From: Paragordius varius
Taxonomy: Eukaryota > Animalia > Nematomorpha
Direction of reading: 5' to 3'
Assembly: GCA_964247055.1 (NCBI GenBank)
Contig: OZ176055.1
Location: forward strand, 3,100,001-3,164,000
DNA: 64,000 bases
Made by a program: the position numbers and the translations under genes. Positions 53,843 through 64,000 of this stretch are shown here, piece by piece; position 1 is the stretch's first letter, and each line of letters opens with the position of its first letter. The notes under the pieces were generated by a model that saw only the letters and a list, made by a program, of their open reading frames with translations, made no database searches and was not told the origin of the DNA.

Positions 53843-54952
53843 CAGGTTTAGTCATATGTTTTTACCGGTTTTTGGTAAAACATATTTAATTGAAAAGAAA
53901 TTAATTAATTATTTTATTCAGAATATTGTCCATCGGCTTCTAATTTTACCAACTCTCAGGTAGTATATGAATTTCATGCCAGAAAAACTGATTATCTTTT
54001 TCGGGAAACCATTCATTAAGCCATTTTTCAATGTCTTCGAAATTTCCAGGGTGTGCTCCGTAATGCTAAGATGTATTAGTCAGATGATGCCAAGCCAGAA
54101 CCGGAAAATTCTCTATCAAAGCTATCATGGTGTCTTTAACAGTTTTTTGTGTGAAACGGGGTATTGTCATGTAGCAAAGTCACTTGTTCCTGTCTTTTGG
54201 CCATTTCCGTTATTTTTTCGATTAATGCATGGTTTAAATTAATAATTTGCTTAGCGTTATGCATTAACGGGTTCATTTCACCGGGTTTAATCAAAACAAA
54301 ATATTAATCGATTTGAATGGGAGCTGATGAACCAGCTTGGAAAGATAAAAGTCATTTTTTCCGTTGTGGTTTACTAAATAAAGCCATTTCTCTTGACCTG
54401 CATCATAAATGCAAAAATGATTTCTTTTGAAAATTGGATCAGGATTTTACAAGTCATTTTACGATTTTAATTTGATATTTGTTCGAATTATTTTGCACCC
54501 ATTTACTAAGCTTACTGGTTATTCCCATTGTTCGTAGACATCTATTGATTGTTTTGTAATGCATGAATGTACCAATTGTTGTTACGTTAGTTGGGTTTCA
54601 TTAACTCTTGCACTAAAGCGTTCTCACAGTTCTATGGCTAAAAGAGCGCTCACACTCTTTCTAATAAAATCACTTTATATTTGAGCCATGTTTTACACGT
54701 GTTATTCAATACATTTTTACCATTTGTTTTTGCCAGACGACTTTTAACAGTTTTTTTCTAATGTCAATGCGTGCCGCAAATGTGTTTTTTTTTCAGGCTA
54801 AAAATTTCACATCATTACTTTGGCTAATCCAACTTGTGTGTGCTTGTCTTTTAATGTCAGATGAGCAATAGGGTCCGTATCAAAATTGTCTATGTTTTTT
54901 TCACAAACGTCTTCTATCACTTAAACCGGTAATAACTTATGACTAGACCTCG
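53843..54952 (-). mobile_element. Decayed mariner (Mos1-like) transposon, copy 2
   Basis: Imperfect ~28-bp TIRs: caggtttagtcatatgtttttaccggttt at the left and the reverse complement cgaggtctagtcataagttattaccggttt at the right. Minus-strand remnants read KLSKWVQ, LIKPGE, NLNHALIEK, VTLLHDNTR, FEDIEKWLNEWF, FWHEIHILPESW. Confidence 0.88.
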
Positions 54953-57351
54953 CATATATATTTCTATTAAGGTATATTTTCAGTAGCAAGAACAACTCCT
55001 TTCTTGAGAAACCACAGGATTCATTTTTTACTTGTGAAATTTTGATACAAATAGCTGGCCAAGCAAATACTTATTATTTTAATTTAACTGCAACAAATAA
55101 TATGCGCGATAACTAACTTTACACAATTTATCTTATTTTTAACTTGCAACTGTTTTAATAACTTTTTTAAAATATCTTAATAAATTTATGTAATTAACTA
55201 TCTTAATAACTCTACTTAGGATAAATGGAACTTATTATTTTGCATATTAAAACAAATTTTAAATAATTTTACTTATAAGTAAACTAGCGTGCGATTTAAT
55301 TATCCAAAAAAATTCAACTATATAAATATGGAATAAACTTCTGCCGAAACTTATGTAAACATTAGTAACTATATTTTAAACAATAAGCATTAAAATAAAA
55401 ACTAGTATGGAATTAAAGTAATAGATTAAATAAACATGTTTTATCAAATATTTGATTGCTGCAAAACGCTTCAATAAAATTGTTGTGCAAATCAGAAATA
55501 ATCAATGATTTTTAAACACATATTGCTTTAATCAGCTAAAAACGCAAAGTTTGAAACGGGAAATTTCCATAAACGGATATTTTTACAAAAGAATATTTCC
55601 TATGTTACACTGTTAGCGCTCTATAAATATATTAATATGCAAGGTACAAAAAAATTCCATATAAACCGCTAAAATTTGATACCTTAATTTTTCCATCCAA
55701 ACTTTTATTCCATTTGGGGCTACTTTTGCCGGCCAAGCCGCATTAAAATCTGAAAGTTTATCCAATGGTAATTAAAGTTTTTAAGCATTTAACCAAATAA
55801 CAACCCAATGGGGGGGGGGGGGGGAGGAATATAAAAAATGAAAAACCATAAAACTCTGATTACCACACAAACCATTTCGTACATCAATAAACATTTTTTA
55901 TGAAGTGTTGACCAGAAAGTTTACTTCAATGCATTTTTATTTTTTATATCTTTTATACGTTTTTTAGTTTGGATTATACAAAATTGTTTTTATACAAGAA
56001 TATAAAGTAACTGTTGATATTATTACCAAAGACAACATATATATGAAGATGTACGCAGATAATTTTCGATGATATAAAATAATTTTAATAGAAATAATTA
56101 AGTGTATCATAAAAATTTTATGGTTATTTTTTTGGCAAAATAATGTTCAAGCAAGCAAACAGGCAAGCTTAGAGTTTTACTGCGTCGGTCCTTTTATTAC
56201 ATTAGATTACATAAAAAGCCTTATTATTGATTATATGTGTCTTTAATTGGTGAGCAAACAATGCTCGCTAAACATACATATACCCTTTTCTTTCTTTAGA
56301 CACCAATTTAAGAACCCCTTTGACCAATATTACTGTGTCGTAATGTGAAATAAAATTTTACAACAAGTATGCAACTATTTTTCATTACCATTAAATTTTA
56401 CTATTAAAAAAAATTAAGAATTAAGCACCAGCACATCTTTGAATTATATTATATTAATTATAGATAATTTCCGAATATAAAAAACCATTAAAAAATAAGT
56501 AGAGTAATATAACCCTATAAAGTTTTGTCATTATCAATGCGCTATAATATTTTACGACCATTTCTAATGTCTATTTTCGCATCAAATTATTTATAATGTA
56601 GAAAACATATACGTTTGAGTGTTGTTAATCTTATTGCGATTATATAGTTGAATATTTAAAATAAAAGAATTTTATACATTTTTGCAAGAATTATTTGATA
56701 TTTAAATAATCATTTTTAATAATTTGATGGTTATGAAATTAGAACTAATAATTTAGCTAAAAACCTTAAGGGTGGTGTATTTGATGAAATTTGAAATTAT
56801 GGCAGATCGATTTGATATATTAAATAGTTTATGCAACGAACTTAAACTTATTTTTTTCCTATACCAAATAATGCCAAATAGCACCGTGATCGCAACTCAT
56901 GTCTGATTAAAACCGTAGCCATCTGCTCTAAAATGCGAAAATTGTCAAATTAAAAAAAGCAATATTGGGAAGCCGAAATAAATAAGGCCGAATGCTTCTA
57001 ATTGTTGTAACAGTGTATGAAAAATCACCAATTATATTATCGATTAATACTTTATCCATATTTTACGCTTTTTCGTTAATGATTTATATCAAATTTTAGT
57101 TAAATATAAATCACTAAGACATCTGGCAACTGGATACAAAAAGCCCATATCCAATGTGTGGAAAAAATAATGCAAATTAAATTTATTAACTTTAAATTTT
57201 AGAGTCGATTACAATTTGCTCAAATAATATTACAATTATGACTAGATGTAATATAAAGTTTAAAAAGAAAACAATAAATAAAATATATTTTTTAGGAAAA
57301 ACATATGAAATTTCTATCAAATAAAAAAGTGGTGGTATATCACTGTAAAAA

Positions 57352-60300
57352 TTATTTTGTATCAGGTAAACGATTCACCAATTTAATTCGTTCGTTCTCG
57401 GGATAGTTGAGCAAAAAGTTAAGTCCCGTAATCTTTTCTATATCTCTCACTTTGACTCTATTCTTTTTCATATAATCTGCCGGTTTCTGTAAATATATTA
57501 ACGTTAATTGGAATAATTAAGTTGTTTGGCATAACCGTAGTCAAAAATAAATTAACGCAATATTTTAAGTTCACTCAAACCAGGGATGTCTAATAATGCG
57601 TGGCCCTTCGAGGTATTATTAGCAGCCTGTGAAAAAATGGGAAATCCATAATTTGCAAAAATATGCTCACAAAATCTTAGTAAAATTTAAATTTATCCTA
57701 TTGGCAACGAACTAGAAAGAATCGTTATATTATGTGTGCATTTTACAGTTTTATGTTCCGACTATAAAATATTTTTGATTGCCCACATATAAATATCAAA
57801 TGCGGGCACACGAAGCCATTTTTGTTGGACAACCTTGCTTTAATATTAAATTTATAATCACATGTATATTGCATATATTTAAGTGTTTCAATTTTCTAGC
57901 AGTCAATAATTCAAATTTAATATTAAATTGATTTTTAGTTAAACGAATTAAGGCTGCTAATAATAATTAACTGCATATGTAAGTCAAATTTTGGGATACT
58001 AACAAACTTTTTTTAATATAACAATTAATGAGAGAACCTCACAATTTTCAGGAGCTGTAACATGCGCAAAAATGTAGGCTTCAATTTTTAGTGCTTTAGG
58101 CGCGCAATCTCCCATCTTCTTTGGGCACCATGAGCTGGCAACAAAAAAATGTGAGGGTATCATTATATCGGTATCTTGATTATTAATACGATAGCTATGA
58201 CACAGATAATAAGATTTTATATTATTAATTTGGAAAACACCTATTCCCCTTAAAAATATACGGGCTAGAAATGTTCGAAAAATTATGGCAAAACTACTTT
58301 CCAACCCCAAGAACGAAAAAAATGTCACAAAATAGATATCAGACAATATTTTTTCATTGTCTGCAATAAGTAAAATATAAGCTTAGTAAACCTATACTAA
58401 GTAAAACTCAATATCACATATAAACAACATCAATATTTTGAGAACCAAAACTTATACTAATGTTTTTAACACACATATAAATAAATTTTATGCAAATACT
58501 AAATAGATAATTAAAAATTACGTTTTAACAGTTTCAATGTCATCTACTATACCATTCCCATCATGATCATAAATAGGACCAAGGGAGATTTGAGCTCCAC
58601 GCTTTTTAGCTGCCGTCTGAATGAGTTTCATAACGGGTAACCAAATATTGCGATAAAATCCATCATAAACCAATACAATGTTGCTACCGACAGTTGCTAT
58701 GAAAAAACGAATGAAAAACAAAAAACAAAATGAATTTTAACAGTAGAGTTTTGGGTTTTTAACCATTTAAAGGGTTAATGATAACCGGTCTAACCAGTTT
58801 GTTTGGATATAAGTAGAAGTCATCGTACCAAATGTAAAATGTATGTTGGTAAACCAAGCGAAATAAGGGTGTTGGTTCGAGGTATTTAAATATCTTGAAT
58901 AATATATTAATACCAATACATAATAATAAGGTTTTGATAAGGTAAAATTTTTTGGGTCACATTTATATTAAGTTAAAGTTTATACCATATATTTTTTATA
59001 GAATCTTCTAGTTAACTTATCTTTTAAAGTATTACTGATTATATTAGGGTGAATCACGGTTATATAAGTGGATTTAAAACCGGTGTAATCCAACTCTACA
59101 TAACATTAATATTAGGTGTGCATTTTATTTTTTTATAGCTTTCTACCTTCCGGGTATAAAAGTAGCGGAACAATGTTAAACGGATTCACTGGAACAGATG
59201 GCGTAATATACGGTAATTTTGGTAATAAATCACACATATTAAGGACAGTGCTAAGTCTCGTATCTTTCGTTACACATCCATGGACCAATGTGTCTTTGGG
59301 ATAAGTTTTTGTTGCAATGTAGGTTATGGCGGACGGAGACCTGGTAATTTCATCATATGTTACAATAAAATCTTTAAAGGGTAAAACTTTTAGAGAATGC
59401 TCGGACGAATCTATAAGACCGAATGGTGAAACGGTTTTAAGCACATTTTCAACTTGAGGGTTAGGAGCATTTGGGCTACTTACATTAAGTGACGGCATGA
59501 TAATATCCACCTAATTTTTGATAAAAATAAAATTAAAATTAATTAAATATGTTTACACAACTGCTAAATACTATTTTTTCCTTGTTGATTTTTAAAAATT
59601 TATATAGGATTTGCGAAAAATTATAGTACAAGCAAGATCAACTTTCATCTCTAAATATTTTATAATTATTTCTTAAAATCATTTCCCTGGTATTGTATTT
59701 CTAATACCCTCAGTAGCTAGATTCATTCTTTCAATAAAAACATAAAATTATGTCAATTTACCGAACAACATGAGATCGGGCCATTGTCTATTGGTTTACT
59801 TTTGCCTTTGAGTAATCCCCGCTTTAACAGTGATCTTTTTTTCTAATATTAGGATATAAATGTTTATGTAAAATAGCAGCTTAAAATCTAATTTTTAAGG
59901 CTCTATAGAAAAAATAAATCCAGAGACACGGACAAATTTGGACTTAAAACTTACGATATAACCGATAATAATAATATAAAAGCTAAAGCGCAAATATTTT
60001 TTTGAGTTTTTATTATTGAATTTTATGACATCATATTTTTAAAATTAACAATTATCCCTACTTTAGGTGCAACAGTCGGAACGGGTAAAATATCATAAAA
60101 CTGTAAAGGCATGCGTTTGGGTTGAATCGGTGGATTTGGTATGAGTAGGGCATCTCCTAATAGCCCAATGGTACCATTGTTGGGTGCCGGTGTGATTCCC
60201 AATAAAGCTTTTGTTAGAATTGAATATAAAATGTAAAGATAATAAATTTGATTTTTTTAAAGAATAAGCATTTTTTACGTCTGACAATTTTAATCAGTAT

Positions 60301-61135
60301 GAAATAAATGTTCACATTTCGAATGGCATATGTTATAAGGAATTAAATTTTAGTTAAATAAGAGGTTTATAGATTGTGTCACGAATATTATATCATATAA
60401 ATTAGTTATATATATGTATACTATCTAATTAAGAGATAATTTTATAAAACAATCTCCAAAAACAAAAATTTTCAACAGCATTTTTATCAGTAAATTTTGA
60501 ATTTATATACAACTTTTTACAATCAAAAGCGAATAAAGTTGTATTCGAATACAAAAATGTTGCATTCCTTTGAGTGAAAAGCAATGGTACGTTTGAGTCG
60601 TTTAAATATGAGGTTTATGAATGTAATATTGCGTTTGAATGAAAAAATGACGCTTGATTTAAAAAATGTTTTTATTTAAAAAGTGTATATTAAAATAAAT
60701 TATTTGAATGCCTATTTTTGAGAATATAAATTATAAACTACCCAATATAAATGAGAACTAATAGTATCAATAAAATATTTTTTGCCACAAACTAATCTAA
60801 TAAATTACAAATACCGGAAATTAAATCGTAGATTTCGATGTTTTGAAATGGTTCAATCACAGTTTTCGGTTTAAAGCTTGGCCCTCTTGCCATAAAAATA
60901 GCCTAAAATAAAGAAATAATCAAAGTTCCATATATTAATACTGAGAGCATTAGTGTTTGTTGCAAAATAATAATATTACAAGGTTTCATATCTAACATGG
61001 CATATTTTTTTATTTTTACATTTAACAATGATTAATTGAAGTAATAATCGAAAATTCAGGTTTTAAATTAGAGGTCTCCAACACAAATGTCTTCGTGGGA
61101 TGCATTTTTGACTCAAAAAAACCTGGTGAACTGCT

Positions 61136-61178
<43 letters not shown>

Positions 61179-61409
61179 TTTTCATAGGGAATTTATTAGA
61201 TTTTGAACATAAAACTAGTAAATGCAAACACAATATATAGCAATTTTTTTCGTTCTTTGTTTTAAATAAATTCAAGTATTATTAAATTTAAATAAATCCA
61301 ATTACTCATAGTTCAAATTTTTGTTTAACCTACCTGCATACTTTCCAATGAATCATCGTAGCCGTGCCCACCTTTAAAAGTCTCACATTTTTGCGGGAAA
61401 TTAGTGTGT
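57352..61409 (-). CDS. Ectonucleotide pyrophosphatase/phosphodiesterase, ENPP1/2/3-like with C-terminal nuclease-like domain (5' exons not resolved)
   Basis: Exons 61409-61334 ([13 protein letters not shown]), 60902-60815 ([11 protein letters not shown]...[11 protein letters not shown]), 60207-60062 ([15 protein letters not shown]), 59510-59147, a probable short exon from 59095, about 58696-58522 (SNIVLVY...[13 protein letters not shown]), 58194-58038 (IMIPSHFF...C...C...AYIFAH...NC) and 57486-57352 ([15 protein letters not shown]...*). All match ENPP1-3 motifs in order. Confidence 0.88.
57581..57837. mobile_element. hAT-like MITE, family A copy 3 (in last ENPP intron)
   Basis: cagggatgtc...gaagccatttttgttggacaaccttg; internal similarity to 5894-6126. 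Confidence 0.5.
61139..61176. repeat. (AT)19 microsatellite
   Basis: Direct reading. Shorter (AT)n runs occur near 4432, 5531, 47915 and 62486. Confidence 0.9.
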
Positions 61410-61531
61410 CTAAGAAAGATAGTAATGAAAAAAAACATTTGAATTTAAAACCGTATTTATTAATTAATATTTAAGAATTAGAAACAAGTGCTATTTTCGT
61501 TTAGAGTTTAATAAAGTACGATTTATATAAG

Positions 61532-61909
61532 TATACCATTTACAGTTCAAATTCACCCTTAAACAATTCAAATTCACCCTTGAACGATTCAAATTCACCC
61601 TTAAACAATTCAAATTCACCCTCGAACAATTCAAATTCACCCTAAAAATAAATTATGAAATTTCGGTCTAATATAACTCATTATTAAAATAAAATATATT
61701 TTTATGGCAAAGTTTATTATTTTTTCAATATTATTTTGATTACATACAAAATTTCTTATTTTAAAAATATAAAAAAGTATAGGTAGTATATAATTTTAAA
61801 AAACACATAATTTATTTTAGGGTGAATTTGAATTGTTCGAAGGTGAATTTGAATTGTTCAAGGGTGAATTTGAATTGTTTAAGGGTGAATTTAAACTGTA
61901 AATGGTATA
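61532..61909. mobile_element. Foldback-type element with long TIRs built of 21-bp tandem units
   Basis: Left arm tataccatttacag plus five units of aattcaaattcacccttaaac-like sequence; right arm four inverted units plus ctgtaaatggtata. Confidence 0.8.
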
Positions 61910-62477
61910 TTATTCAATTACAGTGTAAAATGCTAGTTTTTGCATTAAATATTGCCAGATAGCATATGCAGTAAAGCTAATGTGACCAGACATTTTGAAC
62001 TTTGACGCAGTATGATTGTTTTTACACAATCAATGTGGTATATTACACAGCAATGAAATATATAGTGATAGGAAAATATCAGAATTATCATGGTAGTTTT
62101 GGTTTTAACCTTTAAAAATTAAAGAAAGTTATTTACACTTTTGTGGTAAGTGCTCCGTATAAAATTGCAAGTGCGCAACTTTTCCAAATATATATATTTT
62201 TGTTAAAGCTAAATGCTTTATTGCAAAAGATATCACCAAAATATAACATAAACTACATATAAAAAGCAAAACAATATTTTTAAAAATTTTAAATTTTTAG
62301 ATGTGGGTTCTGAAACCAAATTTTTTGGCTCTTTTAAAATGGACTGTTCTCTTACAAAAATTCCGACATTGTGCATTAATTTTAAATATATGCTAAATTT
62401 TGATATCGACTAATTTTGAAGATACTTCATACTATTTTGAGCATGGTGGAAACGATATAAACGGTTGAGATGTTATA

Positions 62478-62509
<32 letters not shown>

Positions 62510-62967
62510 ATTCGATAATGCTAAACATTGTTCTCACTGAGAATTTTGATTAAAATATTCGCTCGTTTATAAATTATGTTAAATAAAAATTGTGTTTTTT
62601 TTACAAAAATTCACCAAATTTGCAAGCAAACAAACTTTATATTGAAATTCTGAATGTTCAACATCCTCGAAAGAAAAAGGGTTTTATTTCTTAAAGCGTT
62701 ATACCGTTTCCATCATGCTTCAAAATCGTTATAAGTACGCTTCGACAAAATATTTCAAATTTGTTTATGCAAAAAATAAGAAAACTAATAAAAATTATAG
62801 TTTAGGAAAAAAATTAAGTATTATCATACCTCCCACCTAATGAATATAGAAAACGTAAAAACTTTTAATTTTTACAAAAAAATGTTATTTCGAAATCATA
62901 TGCCATATATAAAATTTAACACTTCGATTCAAATTTAACTAAATACCCCAGACTAAATTTTAGTTAG

Positions 62968-63467
62968 GATTTTTAAAAAACTACCGAATAAAACGGTCCC
63001 AATTTAAATTTATGTTTCTATCCTAATAAAAATTATATAAATATGCCAAAATATCTAAATAACATGTCAAACTACTTGGACGCCATTTTTATTTTACAAA
63101 ATTTTTGCAAGATATCCTCTTTATTTAATTTTAAGGGTAAAATTAAAGCTAATTTTTTATTTAAATTACATCTAACATTGATAGAAACAGAAAAAGCGGT
63201 TTATTTTGTATTATTTTTCAATTTTACCATTGCGCATGTCACGTTGACTAACCTTTCAGTTATAGCTTAAAATAAGTAATATCAAGTATTTTTGAATAAA
63301 AATTTTATATAATTTGGTTTATTAATGTTATATAAAGGCAAAATTTTGCCATGGTTTCGATCATTTCCATATTTTTTAAAGAATTTAATTTTAAACAGGC
63401 CTCGGGTATCTAACTACCCCAATTTGAATCGAAGAACTAAAATGAATGTGTTGCAGCCAAGTGCTAA
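62968..63467 (+). repeat. Dispersed ~500-bp repeat, copy 2
   Basis: Collinear with 50790-51292. Confidence 0.8.
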
Positions 63468-64000
63468 TAATAGTTACGGGATAACAACATATAATTTTTC
63501 CATTTGATAATTATTATAACAATGAACTTACTAAACTTGATCAAACATTTATTGTAATATCATAAATTAATTTTGTTAATTTTAAATTTGTGGGACTTCT
63601 TTTTGCGGGAGCCCTGAGTCAAAGCATTATCTAAATCTTACGGTGGAGTCTGAATTTATAGTTTCGTTGCGCGAAAGGCTGCAATCATAAGCGATTTAAC
63701 CGATCCAAAAACCAATTTTAATTATAATTCGAGGAGAATATAGAATATTAACCAATTAAAAATAGGTTAACCTTGGTTTTTTACACAATGAACCATTTCT
63801 TAACAAATTATGGGTTTATTTTTACAGATGGTACTATATCAAATTCTAAAATAATTTTTTTGAATAAATAAAAGGTAATTAATATATATTCATAAAAATT
63901 ATTTTTTTTATTTTCAAAAAGCAATACAAAAATGGGCGCAGTACAATCGCAGTTTTTTTCTGAATATTCAGAACTGTACTGCGAAAAACAGCCTATCTGG

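Noticed and set aside
52829-57351. miR-iab-4/8 or miR-10 downstream of Abd-B
   Set aside because: No match to the remembered mature sequences by eye; an Infernal/miRBase search would be needed to exclude diverged copies.
58101-58133. [10 protein letters not shown] in an alternative frame, resembling Gypsy reverse transcriptase
   Set aside because: It is followed by a stop and overlaps a well-supported ENPP exon in another frame.
61544-61900. Regular 21-bp repeats as a CRISPR array
   Set aside because: The units are contiguous with no spacers and form inverted arms; the context is a eukaryotic intron.
1-64000. tRNA, rRNA or snRNA genes; prokaryotic or viral systems
   Set aside because: No cloverleaf or T-loop, rRNA-like segment, or operon-like structure seen; all recognisable genes are spliced animal genes.

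Overview
This is a very AT-rich animal (eukaryotic) genomic window. I assembled the genes by hand from GT-AG splice sites. Left to right: (1) two intronless, highly divergent 7-TM class-A-GPCR-like paralogues (222-2183, 8207-10123). (2) Between them, the 5' half of an SLC5 sodium:solute symporter on the minus strand; the first GPCR appears to sit in its next intron. (3) A head-to-head TOM40 / ACBD3 pair. (4) A head-to-head ETF-beta / RRP1 (Nop52) pair whose start codons are only 33 bp apart. (5) A roughly 12-kb gene-poor stretch, then an Abd-B-type posterior Hox gene (about 724 aa, two exons). (6) The 3' part of an ENPP1-3-like ectonucleotide phosphodiesterase. Introns and intergenic DNA contain DNA-transposon debris: two Mos1-like mariner relics, a hAT element with a perfect 8-bp TSD, two MITE families and a foldback element. 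The most unusual signals are eight spliceosomal introns of only 22-29 nt confined to the 5' ends of the four housekeeping genes, a TOM40 with four large loop insertions, the giant-loop GPCR pair, the 33-bp divergent junction, and an Abd-B gene with non-Hox neighbours on both sides. The homeodomain looks ecdysozoan (arthropod-like Abd-B rather than Post1/Post2), but the species cannot be identified from the sequence. I found no tRNA, rRNA or CRISPR features.
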